Shown: positions 39,757-52,757 of the stretch, in pieces | How the letters are laid out: each line of letters opens with the position of its first letter | How positions within the stretch are numbered: the first letter of the stretch is position 1 | Translations under genes and position numbers: made by a program | Source of the DNA: Macrostomum lignano | Taxonomy: Eukaryota | Length of the DNA stretch: 56,685 nucleotides | Assembly (NCBI GenBank): GCA_002269645.1 | Contig: NIVC01001577.1 | Span: 1 to 56,685, forward strand | Direction of reading: 5' to 3' | Notes under the pieces: model-generated | Seen by the model: only the letters and a program-made list of their open reading frames with translations | Told to the model about the DNA's origin: nothing | Databases searched by the model: none

Positions 39757-40756
39757 CTAAAATACAATGTCTATAAAATAGGTAGGCCCTAGCTATTGTT
39801 TTTTTAATTAAAATTAGGTCTATACTTAGATTTTAATAGAGCCTAATCTAATATAAGAAGATTAGAATATAAAAATTAATTCTAGCCTCTAAGCCTAGCC
39901 TGGTAAAGAACTTGAATTGAGCTAGGCTTAGGCCCTACATATTGACTAGGCCTAGGCCCAATTGAAAATAATTTATTAACTTTTTTGCTAAAATTGTTTA
40001 TATAATAAAATAAGCTTAACATTTTATTATACATGTGTTTAAGGTATAAAGCCAAATTAAAAGGCCAATCTAGTTAGTTGGCAAGGTGCGCAGCTAAAAA
40101 AGATCACAAAAATGTTTATCTACAAAAGACACATGTAGTACCTTTTAGATTAAAAAGCATTCAGCCTTAATATTATAGTCAGATAGTATTCTTGCTATTT
40201 ATCTAAAATGATATTTTTGCTAGTAAGTCACCTTTTGGTCAAAAAATAAGTTGCATAGCCAGTATAAATTGGGGGGGGTGCATATATATATCGGATATAT
40301 TATATTAGAGCTTTGTAGACAAAACTAGATTAAATATATGTAGAAAGTTGTGAGCATATAATAATTTACCTTTTCATATTCAATTTTGATCAATAGTCTA
40401 GTTCTAAAAAAAACTAGCAAAGTCAATTTAGACAATTCCAACTAGGGTAACACTTATAAAAATCAATAAAAACAAATCCCAGTTCAAAACAGACAAAGCC
40501 ATTTCAATTCAAACATAGGCTTTTTGTCTATGGTTAAAGCTTGCTTTGGTGACAAAATGAAGAACATCAATAGAACCAGATATCAATTCAAAGAAACAGA
40601 TAAAAGAATTCCAACAGGATTTTTGTTTATGGCAAAACCCTATGGGGGGAGATAGAGAAGAAAATCAATAAAGACAAAATGCTATTCAAAAAGAAGACAC
40701 AAACACTTCAATAAAAACTGACACAACTGTCTATGGTTGAATCTTTATATATATTA

Positions 40757-42100
40757 GCAAATTCCTTGAGGGTTAAACACAGAATCCAATGCAACCCCTG
40801 CCACTTCATGTGGCCTCTATCTACCACATCAGATGCAGATAGTGCATAGTGCAGTGCCGACACTATGACAAAGACAATGCACAAGAATCAGTTGCTGCAA
40901 GCTGGTATCTTACTTAATGATATTAAGTTGGCTCATAAAAACAAAGATCATCTTTGCAAATAAGACTTTTCAAATGGATACCAAGATCATTATATTGCTA
41001 AGGAGATTGTCGCAGATGTTGTGGATGCTAGTTAAGCATTCATTGGAAACCAAGTTGCGACTCATAATATATATAGTCTGAATTGTCTGAATTGACTTTC
41101 CCCCAGATTTTTTAGAACTGGATTTGATAAAAATTGAATGTGAAAAGATGAAGTAGCCTTATATTTTATACACAAAAACTAAAGTCAGCAGGAGCACTTG
41201 ACTCAATTCTCCTATTATTAATAGCCATTTATAATCACATAGAGCCAATGCCAAAAAGCCTTTAAGTCTTGGTGACAAAGGCTTTGGAAATTTCTATCTA
41301 ATTGTTTGTAGATAGCCAACAGCAGCTGCCAATTTTATTATAGCTAGACTTTACAAGGCAGTGGCATTTTTACTTGTCTCCAAGTGTGCCCATATGCCAT
41401 AATCAAATAGATCAGCATCTAGGCTATTGGGTGGCTAAAAAGGCATGCTCGCCTCTTTGAAGATAAGGAAGTTGGTCTTTCTGGCCATGTATGCAGGTGC
41501 ATTTTCTTATTAATGTATGAAGTTGCCATCTGGGAACTTGGCCTGCAGCTATAGCAAAATTTTCTCCCACTGCCCCTCATGCAGGCATTATTAGCATCTA
41601 TATTTCTATCAAGGAACACAATTGGCACCTTCTTGCCATTGCTAGTATTGATAAAAACATAATGCTATGGCCTGTGGGCATTCTTGGTTTCCAATGAATG
41701 CTTACTAGCATCCACAACATCTGTGACAATCTCCTTAGCAATATTATGATATTGGTATCCATTTTAAAAATCTTGTCTGCAAAGATGATCTTTGTTTTTA
41801 TGAGCCAACTTAATATCATTAAGTAAGATACCAGCTTGCAGCAACTGATTCTTGTGCATTGTCTTTGTCATAGTGCCAGCATTGCACTATGCACTATCTG
41901 CATCTGATGTGGTAGATAGAGGCCACATGAAGTGGCAGGGGTTGCATTGGATTCTATGTTTAACCCTCGAGGAATTTGCCAAATTGACTTCCTTTAATGC
42001 TGGCTATCCTTGTGGACCCCACTTCCTTCACTCCACTGTTGTGAGCAACTTGGAGATGCTATGCAGCCTAATTGCAGCAAATGCAAATGGCAACAAAAAT
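40757..42100 (+). mobile_element. probable hAT transposase remnant with a 298-bp inverted duplication (40757-41054 / 41683-41979)
   Basis: Inverted arms align directly; plus-strand reading near 41840-42020 gives LILVHCLCHS and a later CWLSL (ancestral RWLS-like), in different frames. Confidence 0.55.
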
Positions 42101-42696
42101 GAAATGTCACACACTTCAGGCTGTTAGTTATTTTTAATTTCTCTAAAAACTCTGTTGCACCTTAAATGCTGTTAGGCTGTAGCTAGAAAGTATTCTCAAA
42201 TACAATGATATGTTATTTATAATGCTAAAACTGTCGATCTAACTATGTCATATATACTAAACTAAAAGAACTTTATGATTTGTTAGAAAGACTAGTTAAT
42301 GACAATTTATCTATAAAGAATGTAATAAGCACTTAAGCTTTAAAACCTTATGACAATAGTTATACTGAAAGACATTAGACAAGTTATATTTTTATTAAAT
42401 TGTTTACTAGAATCTTGTAAACAGTGATTCTAGGTAAAAAGGGTGCTAAATCAAAAGTTAAAGTGCCAATTGTCATTAAAAAATGAACATTTGTTTTTAT
42501 CTCACAATTGCTTTTATTTTTTAAGTATTATTTGTGTAATATTTAGTAGCCTATATAGTTGTTTGAATTTTGTGTTCCCACAGTACTCTACTCATAGTAG
42601 CAATCAACCCGCGCACTGGTCGCATTGCAGCAGCCGGTAACCGCCCACCAGCCGGCCGCCAACGTGCAGCAGCTGACGCAGTTGGACATTGTGCCA

Positions 42697-44011
42697 ATGC
42701 AAGCCATCAAATGCGTGGTTGTTGGCGATGGTGCCGTAGGTAAAACCTGCCTGTTGATCTCCTACACCACCAATGCCTTTCCTGGCGAGTACATTCCCAC
42801 CGTGTTCGACAACTATTCTGCCAATGTCATGGTTGATGGCAAGCCCATTAACCTGGGCCTGTGGGACACGGCTGGCCAGGAGGACTATGACCGGCTGAGG
42901 CCGCTGAGTTACCCGCAGACGGACGTCTTCCTGGTCTGCTTCTCCCTCATCAGCCCGGCCAGCTATGAGAATGTGCGCGCCAAGTGGAACCCGGAGGTGA
43001 GTTGAGTGGTTGCTGTGCGTCGTTTTCTTAGAAAATCTCAAACACAGGAATGTTTTTTTAACAAAATCCTATATTAACTATCAAGGTGAGTCACCACTGT
43101 CCAAATACACCAATCATTCTGGTGGGCACCAAGCTGGATCTGCGCGACGACAAGGATACGATTGAGAAGTTGAGGGAGAAACGGCTGGCCCCCATCACGC
43201 ATCTGCAGGTATGATTTGCGTCTTTATAGGCCACCGCCCACTCCCAGATCCTGTTGCTGAGCCACCAGCCTCCCAGATCCTCAGTTGCTGAGCCACCAGC
43301 CTCCCAGATCCTCAGTTGCTGAGCCACCAACCTCCCAGATCCTCAGTTGCTGAGCCACCAGCCTCCCGCCAGATCCTCAGTTGCTGAGCCACCAGCCTCC
43401 CGCCAGATTCTCAGTTGCTGAGCCACCAGCCTCCCAGATCCTCAGTTGCTGAGCCACCGCCCCCTCCCAGATCCTCACTTGCTGAGCCACCAGCCTTCCA
43501 GATCCTCACTTGCTGAGCCACCAGCCTCCCAGATCCTCAGTTGCTAGGCCAGCCTCCCAGATCCTCAGTTGCTGGGCCAGCCTCCCAGATCCTCAGTTGC
43601 TGGGCCAGCCTCCCAGATCCTCAGTTGCTGGGCCAGCCTCCCAGATCCTCAGTTGCTAGGCCAGCCTCCCAGATCCTCAGTTGCTGGGCCAGCCTCCCAG
43701 ATCCTCAGTTGCTGGGCCAGCCTCCCAGATCCTCAGTTGCTGGGCAACCAGCCTCCCAGATCCTCAGTTGCTGGGCAACCAGCCACCCAGATTCTCAGTC
43801 TCCAAATGCTAGTTTACAGAGCTTTCTATATGGGCACATATGCAATACCCCACAGGGCATGACCATGGCCAAGGAGATCAACGCGGTGAAGTACCTGGAG
43901 TGCTCAGCTCTGACGCAGAAAGGCCTTAAAAATGTCTTCGACGAGGCAATCAGGGGGGTCCTGTGTCCCCGGCCGAGGGCGTCGAAGAAAAGCAAGTGCA
44001 ACCTGTTGTAA
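42697..44011 (+). CDS. Rac1: Rac1-like GTPase copy B, 192 aa (exons 42697-42996, 43086-43208, 43856-44011)
   Basis: Same N-terminus as copy [13 protein letters not shown], two GT-AG phase-0 introns, CAAX CNLL; KWNPE in place of KWYPE. Confidence 0.96.
43240..43795. repeat. 28/31-bp minisatellite cagcctcccagatcctcagttgctgggc filling Rac copy B intron 2
   Basis: Direct reading. Confidence 0.95.
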
Positions 44012-44477
44012 CTGGTTCTGTTTAGAAATTTTACTTAGACAAAAGTTTTCCAACTTGCGTGACCATTTTTATGGTTGTAAACTCTGATGTCGAATCGAAA
44101 ATCAAGTAAACACAGGTATAGTCGCTTAATAATTGTAGTATGCTTTTGTCCTAGGCTAATTTTGCTTGTGCTTAAATGAAGTGCTTTTAAAGTGCTTTGT
44201 TAGCCGTGTTTTCCCGACTTTTGCAGCTAACAGAAATTAATTGTCTAGTCATTAAAATGCTTTTTTATTTAGGGTTCAACGCTTTCAGTGAGGATCCAAC
44301 TCTGCTGCCTTTATATTGTTTTATTAGTGTTTAATTTATAATTATCAAAATCAGCAAGCTCAGTGTGCTCTGTACGAGTATTGAGTCCGACCAAGTATGG
44401 AGCTTTGGCGAGTAGATCGAATCCATTTTCGAGTATTTTCTAATGATATTGCCCACAAATCAACCATAGAATTGCAT

Positions 44478-44960
44478 AAACCACCTCTATATTCACCCAT
44501 ATACCACCTCTATATTCACCCATATACCACCTCTATATTCACCCATATACCACCTCTAGATTCACCCACAAACCACCCCTCTATATTCACCCACAAACCA
44601 CCTCTAGATTCACCCACAAACCACCTCTATATTCACCCACAAACCACCTCTTTATTCACCCATATACCACCTCTAGATTCACCCATAAACCACCTCTAGA
44701 TTCACCCACAAACCACCCCTCTATATTCACCCACAAACCACCTCTAGATTCACCCACAAACCACCCCTAGATTCACCCATAAACCAACTTTAGATTCACC
44801 CACAAACCACCTCTATATTCACCCACAAACCACCTCTTTATTCACCCATATACCACCTCTAGATTCACCCATAAACCACCTCTAGATTCACCCACAAACC
44901 ACCCCTCTATATTCACCCACAAACCACCCCTAGATTCACCCATAAACCAACTTTAGATCC
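44478..44960. repeat. 23-bp minisatellite ccacctctagattcacccataaa
   Basis: Direct reading. Confidence 0.93.
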
Positions 44961-45869
44961 ACTTTTAGAGCAGCCTTAGAATCGCCCACAGACCAACCCT
45001 ATAACTTGATGCTCAAAGAAATTGTACGTAAAAAAGTCAAGTAGACAAAAATCTAAAAATCTGCAACTACTTAACTCATCCGAGTTCGGCTCGATTGCTT
45101 AGTAGGCCTCTACTTTATACTCTTTACAATATTATTATTCTTTCTGCTTCGTGTCCCAATTAGTATCGTAAAAAACCTGCAGTTATGTGTTTTGCCTTTT
45201 CGTTTTGACCTTGGTGGACTAACTATGGTGGATCAGTGCATCAAGTACTTACTATGCATATGCCCTATGCATATCACCTGCCTATCCAGATCACAGACAC
45301 AAGCCATCGCTCAATGCTATTAGCTACAAGACTGAGCAAGGTCTGCTATTAAAAATTATAATTTTAACACTACTTCATAGCCAGTATTTTGGCTATAAAT
45401 ATTTCTTAGAAAGTGTGCTTCACTGCTGTTTATTAAAGTCCAAATTTTCTCTTTTATTCTTCTATTCGGATCTTTGTACACAACAGCTTTCATCTATAAT
45501 CTTTTTAGTTGCTTTGCTGACTGCTAGTCTTCTGCATATATCTATTATTATAATTATTATTATTATTGCTATATTCAGCTGTATGAGCGGCAGCTTATCA
45601 AGTGCGATAAAAATTAGTCTAGCGAAAAAAAATTTAAAAAGTATATTCATTCAAAATTTTTTGTGCCCTACAAATGTTCTACAGCCTACTAAAACCTCGA
45701 GTTTGTTTCGATTGACTTATTTTTTCCAGCTATATAGCATCGGTAGAAAGTTAGTTAGTAGGTGATTAGTAGGAATTTTGCAAAAAAATCCGACTATATG
45801 TTTACTTAAAATGTTATCTAGATCTATCTAGATCTCCGAATCAATGAAAACACCTAGCCCTCATCTTCA

Positions 45870-46908
45870 TCAACTGTCCAGCATCCGAGCTGCTGATTTG
45901 AGGAACTTTTTACAATTCACAACTCAAGGACCCAGGAACACTCTCAGAGGTCAACTTATGGACACAACTGGTTGGGTCAACTGTCACTATAAGTGTCTAA
46001 ATAACACTGTAAAATAACCAGCTCCTAGCTAGTACAACTGACTTGGTCTTTGAAGCCATATACACAATACGTTTGCTTGGCGTATGTGTATAGTCTTTCA
46101 CCAACTGCAGTTTTCAAAGTGAAAGCCGAGTACCGCAGCTCAAGCCGGCCGAAGAAACCTCCATATCCGGGTGCGATCCGGATCTCAGTTGAGCTGAACA
46201 GCGACTGGATGCTCCATTCAGGCTTTTCAATGGCGCACATGCAGTAGACTTCCCGATCAAATGAGTAGGCAGCCGCTTGGAATCGGCGCGTAATCAAAGC
46301 TCAGGGCCAGGTAGTGCCCGGGAGGCGAGCCAATGGTCCAGCTGCAGTTCTATGTCAGCTGGTTGGCGATGTTATTACCAGACAGTAGGGCGAATTTCTC
46401 TTTATTAGGTTCAGCTTTGCCACTCTCGTTTCCATTGCAAACTGGAGCTCAGGTAACTTTGGGGAGCCAACAGCTCTATTGGAAGGTAAATCCAATAGAG
46501 TTATGGCTTGAAATTGCGAATAAGCGATCCAGAGTGTACCAAAAAGCAAATTTTAAGATTCTGAGTGACAGCCTACATACAGGCTAAATACCATAATTTG
46601 TATTCGCATCGACGGTGAGCTGAAATCCTGAATAGGCCCGAGCCGAGACATTGCAGCCAGGAGTCTATCAAAGCCGTCGTAAATGAACACGCTGTCGCAG
46701 CAGGGCTCCAAGTCCATGTTGGAGACCCAGACGCAGAGCGTGTTGCCGTGTTGCAGGGTCCAATCGAAGTTCATGTTGTCTTGATAAAGACTGCCGTTCC
46801 CGAAGTTCTCATGACTGACCAGCATTATTGGAGACCAGTACTCGGCGAACAGCTCAGTTGTGTCGTAGGCGAGTTCGGCCGTGCGCACGAGCTGGCTTCC
46901 GTTGCAGT
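45870..46908 (-). CDS. fragment of an extracellular CUB plus SRCR-like domain gene, possibly a pseudogene
   Basis: After acceptor ttaatacAG: CNGSQ...LYQDNMNFDWTL...MDLEPCCDSVFIYDG...SSPSMRIQ (CUB); near 46360-46270 NCSWTIGSPPGHYLALSF (second CUB-like, preceded by an in-frame TAG); near 46200-46030 IRIAPGYGGFFGRLELRY...YCVYGF (SRCR-like). Confidence 0.55.
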
Positions 46909-46970
46909 CTGTATTAAATAAAGGCTGCGATACGTTTGCTCACTGGATGACCGCAACGAAGCTGAATGTA

Positions 46971-47427
46971 TTGGGTTATAGCAAAAGTTTCGAGCGTTTT
47001 CTTTAAACTTCTAGAACTTTCTCTTTCTCGCTGGCGCGAAAATTCGATTTCTTCACGACAACGCCCGACCTCACGTGGCGAAGAAGACACTGCAGAAGCT
47101 GCTCGACCTGGGCTGGGAAGTCATGCCCCACCCTCCATACTCGCCTGATCTTGCGCCATCTGACTACCACGTGTTCCGCTCTATGCAGAGCCACATAAAT
47201 GGTGTGACGTTAAAAGATGAGGAGGAGGTGACAGCCTGACTCGAGCAATACTTCAAGTCGCTGCCGCCTGAGTTCTTTAAGAAGGGCATCCATGATCTCA
47301 TCGGCAGATGGCAACAGTTCATTGATCAGGATGGTGATTATATCCTGGAATAGAAACTGTTGTGGGACTGGAAAAATGAATTCAAAGTTTGAGTACAAAA
47401 ACGCTCGGAACTTTTGTTACAACCCAA
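46971..47427 (+). mobile_element. internally deleted mariner (D,D34D) element, 457 bp
   Basis: TIRs ttgggttatagcaaaagtttcgagcgtttt and its inverted copy, TA on both sides; retains HDNARPH...HPPYSPDLAPSDY with 34-residue spacing and one in-frame TGA. Confidence 0.92.
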
Positions 47428-48555
47428 TAAATAAGGGGACCGTAGCTTAGTGGTCTAGCTAGCGCGGCGCACTGGTGTGTCAGCAGCCCATGGAGGATGC
47501 CCTCGAGAGCCAACCCCCAAGGCACAGTGAAGTGTACATGCCTAACGATAAATAAAGTTAGGACCGCTGTACGCTCCTGTGTGAGTGTGTGCGTGTGTAT
47601 GACTGCGTACATATCCGCGCGCTTATGTGCCTGCTCAGGGGAGTCTGCGGAATGGGCAGCAATACCTCTCGCCGCTTGTGTGACAATGTCGCTTAATAGT
47701 GCACACAGTCTTGAATTAATTTAACCAAAGAAACTAAAGCTGAATTTAAAAATAAACACGAACTCTCTGGGAAAAATGTAAACAGTTATTTAAGAACGTT
47801 GAGCTATTTAAAAGTACAGTACAGTTATAAACCCGGAAAATGCATAGCTACTGTCTGATTTATCGACACGTTGTTATTATTTATTACTATTTTATTCAAG
47901 AAAACTGCAGGGAATTTTCTGGAATCTAAACAACTGCTGAAGTTTTACTGATTTTCCAAAGAGAGATCAGATCGACAATCCGTACGAACTATTAGATGTA
48001 GCCACTTACCAGCAGCAGATACATACATGTGGAGAATAAATCTTTTTCTTTCATTAAAAGCTACCTGCAGAGATAGCCAGCAAGCAAGGTTAAGGCAAAA
48101 TAACTCTTTTTGTTCTTGTCTCCATATAGTGTAATTTTTCTAGACATAGTGGCTCAAGTTTGTAGTTCAGAAGTCCACAAGGTGAAGCATTGTGAGTTTT
48201 AAAACTGAAACATATGTTTATCGATAGCTAATGCATTCGCAAGAATTTCATGTATCGCGTCCTACTTTTGTTGTTCATGACTATAGCTGTCGTTGAAATA
48301 ACAGCTAAAAAGGTAACACAAATAAAGCTGGTGTTCATTCTTCCATTTAAATGAGCAGTAGGAACAACAAAGCTTGCTCACTTATCGGATGAAATATGAA
48401 GTTGGCCCGAACTGATATCCGGAATCCTTTACCAACCAGCTGATCGTTTGTGAACTGCAACTTTAAAATGAAAGACGTAGATTCCCGGTTTCCGTAGATC
48501 TGGTCCAATAATAAGCGTCATTTGGGCCAGATGTGCAACCGACAGCTCAGCCGCA

Positions 48556-48798
48556 GCTATTGCGCGGCGCATCTGAAGGCTGCGTACGGCTGTTCAGTCC
48601 AAGGACTGAGGGGTCGCCACACACCCTCAATTACCCCAGCTAAATGCTGGCCCCAATTTTACAGCTTGGGTGAACTGAAGCAATGCAGAGTTAAGTATAT
48701 CTTGCTCAAGGACACAAAATTGTTCCAGTGGGATCGAGAATCGAACCCCCGGATCTCCAAGTCGTGAGTCCGACGCTCTAACCATTAGGTTGCAACCT
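48556..48798 (-). mobile_element. apparently full-length tRNA-derived SINE, about 243 bp
   Basis: Reverse complement starts with A box (aatggttagagcg) and B box (ggttcgattc), then a body gtgtccttgagcaag...ttcacccaagctgtaaa and a tail shared with 24163-24278. Confidence 0.85.
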
Positions 48799-50524
48799 GA
48801 TCAGTGCATTGTAAAGTAGTGTAATGCAATACAGATCTTACGATAGTTTAGCAAAGAGGAAATCTGTAGCTCTAACCTACGCAACGCTTTCTGGTCGCTA
48901 TAAAGGCAATGAAGAAAATGCGTTATAGTTTTAGCGTTGGGTGTTTGGACCGGAGATCAGAAACTGTGGAACCCCTGCTCCAGCCAGTGGGCAGTCAAAA
49001 CTGCAGCGGCTGTGAGCAGTACAGCCGACAGCAAGCAGCACAAAAAATGTTCGAGCACCGCTTTTCTGCTATGGTCAGCTTGAAATTTCGCTTTGGAGCT
49101 CATCACGCTCATTTTTCACTTGGTAGAAGTTTTTAGGTCATACGGATATTAGAGTTTTTAGTGATAAAACAAATTATAAGCTTCTTTAGCATCCGCATAT
49201 ATTTAGTTGTTGACATCGGCAGAAAAGACTACTTAAAGTGCAGCTAGAGAGGAGAGAGGGGCAGAGAGCACCGCACGCCAATATGCTATTTCGGGTGAAA
49301 AACCGAAGCTTCTGTTGTATACGCTAGGTACTGTGCCTATTGTGCCTTAGGTATTGTGCATAATTGGAGTGCGGTTTCTAAATTCGAAGCTCAACACAGT
49401 GCTACAATTGGCCACGCAAAATGTACGCCAGTTGCCTAACATCCTACATTCTAAGCTTTGAAAATTCACTATTAGCACGTTACTTGTATTAAACAGCTTG
49501 AAAAGGCAAACAAAAATTCTATGCGGAAAAAACTGTTTAGTTCGGGCAAAGAAACCGCTAGTTAAACCTGCAGAGATGCAGCAAGTAACACACCGTATTC
49601 CAATGCAGTTCGCACTAATCGCCCTTTTGGGTAAGTTGTTTTACCTTGTGTTGGATTATAGTGGTTTGTATGTACTTGTTGCAATAAGAAGCTAGAGCTG
49701 TCAAATAGTGTCATTTTGACTGTAAGGATTTCAGTTTAACTTATAAAATATTTCATGTTGGCACCAAAACCGGCAATCAATGCCCCCGTTAAAAAGGCGA
49801 CAGAGAAAGGAATGATAGAGAGATGCGGTTTTCGACGATTCTTCTCTCATTGTCGGTCCAGTAGAGAGATCCGATAGAGAAACCGGCTCAATCGGCCACC
49901 GCTTCCATTTCAGAGCCTTAAGTTCACATGAAATCCCCATTTTTCCCCATTTATCCCATGCGGAAGCGGCCGGGGTGGAAGAAAGATCAATTACGCTTTT
50001 CTTGTCTATTTGGGTCTGAATAGTGAGAATTTCGCAGCGGTTTGGTTGCTGGACTCACGGCTTCCAAATCGCGCTTAAGTTCACATCCTCTTTTTTTCGA
50101 ATATACTACCTGTAGCTTTTGTCCTTGTACGGTTTGATGCTTAAAGCAAAAAAAGCATCTGCTCAGCACCGGCCTACATGTATGAACTTTGGCCTAACCC
50201 CACATAAGCCTAATTGACAGCTCAACACCTCCCACTAAACCTTGACCCACACTAAAAGATTCATTTCTTTTAAAAGAGAAAAGAAGAGGCAAAAACAAGT
50301 GAAATGTCTTTATGAAGTTTTTTTGCCGCTGCTTCGTATTTAGTAGGATTACAAGCAAACATACAAACCTTATAAAGATTTAGTATGTTTAGATTATACT
50401 GGATGTCTAGGATAAACTTACAAATAAACCTTCAAGTAAGTTACTGTCAACCAACCAACCTTCTAAGATAGCTGTTTTGTTGCCCCCGAGTCTGTTTGTA
50501 GCAAGATAGCGTAGTACGAGCTAC

Positions 50525-51051
50525 ATGTACTTTATTTATTCACTTTTAGCCACAATTCTGCCAATAGCCGTCAATAGTAAAGCAATAACAACTGACGACG
50601 ACGCGACCTTGACGACCGACACGACTTTGACTGAGGATGCAACTTCCGATTCCAAGGCCAGCTCAAGGCACACAGATGCGCCGACCACCACGCCCTCTGA
50701 AGTGTCTTCTATTGCTTCGGACGACACGTTGGCACCACTACGAGGCAAATGCTATGATTTAATTTTTGCTGTTGCTTTGGGCTATAACTAAACAGAACAA
50801 GCTAAATAACACTGCAGTAGTGTGCTCACATTGTTTCAGGTGTTATGACATTGGCAAAAAAATTTTTGATCGCCATCGGGGCATGCACAGGAGGGTGCCT
50901 CGTACTGGCAGCAGTTGCGTCACTGATTTTTTCTTCAGGGGTATGGATATTGTTACACAATTACTGTTTACGAGTAAAGCCGCGGTGATCTCCATTTGTT
51001 GCAATTAAAAAATTCTAATTCCTTTTATTTTTACCTTTTCAGACTTTGTAA
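50525..51051 (+). CDS. small Thr/Ser/Asp-rich (mucin-like) single-pass membrane protein (exons 50525-50744, 50840-50940, 51043 onward)
   Basis: Signal-peptide-like MYFIYSLLATILPIAVNS, T/D/S-rich stalk, hydrophobic KFLIAIGACTGGCLVLAAVASLIF in exon 2; requires a GC-AG first intron; C-terminus uncertain. Confidence 0.5.
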
Positions 51052-52441
51052 CATCTTGCGCCGCAGTATTTCGGAACAATTTGGTCGAGTGAATGACATA
51101 GATTGTACTGTATTTTTTAATGTTCGGTCAATAAAGAACATATAACTTACACTGGAGTTCACGCGCGTTACTTTTACTAATTTTATTCAGTTACTTTACC
51201 CCGCGATACTATATAATTTAGGTAATCATTATTAGATCTGAAACTTTTCATTCTAGCTCTACATGTAAGTAATTGTATTCACAGCTGTAAACAAATAAAT
51301 TGTACACTTGTAACCTCGTAATTTCTATGCTTCAGTAGACAACTTAAAAAACTTAAAAGACAACATATGTTATTCACTATAAAAACTTCTATGAATATTT
51401 CATTTCACGTTCTTACCTATATTACAGAAGAACCTAAACGACTCTTTTGGTCGTCGGCTTTTCTAGACACGAATATTATTGCAAAAGCTATCGAGAAGAA
51501 TTCTCTATTAATTTTAATTAGCTTTTCGTCGCCATTTACATGTACATGTAAATGTTTGAAGAACTGCCAATTTCATTTTAAGATTAGCTATGATCCAGCA
51601 GAGCAACTCATTGGTCTGACTCGGTCTCGCCACGACCTATGATTCGATTCCGTGCGCAAACCGCAAACAAGGACCACTGTATAGATATAGCTATGTCATG
51701 CAACTTTGAGTAACATGTGTTGTGTATGTACTCGAATATGTATAAATTACTTGGGATGAATCAGAATTTTTTGGCTGATAGAGCAAATCAAGTACTATTT
51801 TAACTAGCAAATGCAGACAACCGTCTTAAAGCCAGTGCAGCTCTTAAAGCACTTTTTACACATGGTGAATTACAAAACATAGTTGAAAAGCTTTATTTTG
51901 TAAAATACGATGGTACCGTAATACCCATTGTACATAAAATCATATTGGTTTGTTTTACTGACATAGTTCGTTCTGGACATCGATAACCATTTTAAAATGG
52001 ACACTGCAGGCTATATGTTCAAAAAGCGGTAGCTACGCATTGAAGTTGTAATAATTATTATTGCCGAAGCGCCTGAAAGCTCAACAGACACTTATAGAGA
52101 AATATCCGGTTTGTCTTTTGCCGTTATAGTGGTATGTACATCTATTTGAAAGCAATGCTTACTTCATTCGTATTATTTTTTGATATCCTAATCCACGAGA
52201 AATTTTTCTTTGAGTATATTTGCATTGTCATTTTAAAAAATTCAATTCGTTGGTTGGGGTGTAGTCTTGAAATTTATATATATTTTTTCCAATTATATAT
52301 TGATTTTGAAAAAAGCATTTTGTTTAAACTTATTAGTTAACGTGTTAGAACTCTTTAAGGTCAAATTTACCTTAATTCTTTGAATTCAATAAATTATTAA
52401 GTTAATAATAATTCAAAGAATAATATAAATCAAATAATGTT

Positions 52442-52473
<32 letters not shown>

Positions 52474-52757
52474 CCTTTATTTATTTATTACCGAGTTACC
52501 GAATTAATTTATTAAAAGTATGGGTATTTTGTTGTACTTTTTATTTGCAACTCAGTTTGTCATAAATTACCATAGACTAATTTCCTTTTACAGTTCTTTC
52601 TCGCAGTTAAGTTTCTCGCCCCAAGCCCTCTCGTCTTTAACTCATAAAATATATTGCAATTCGAATCTAAGTCAAGTTGTAGTTTCACTACAAATTGGTC
52701 CGGTGAGGCGGCGAAAGATATTACTCGCATACTCAATACTCACAGAAGACAAATCCA

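Noticed and set aside
42625-42696. N-terminal extension of Rac copy B
   Set aside because: Starts at TTG with an in-frame stop shortly upstream and no ATG; more simply 5' UTR.
47435-47470. tRNA-like head ggggaccgtagcttagtggt
   Set aside because: A-box-like only; no B box or cloverleaf follows.
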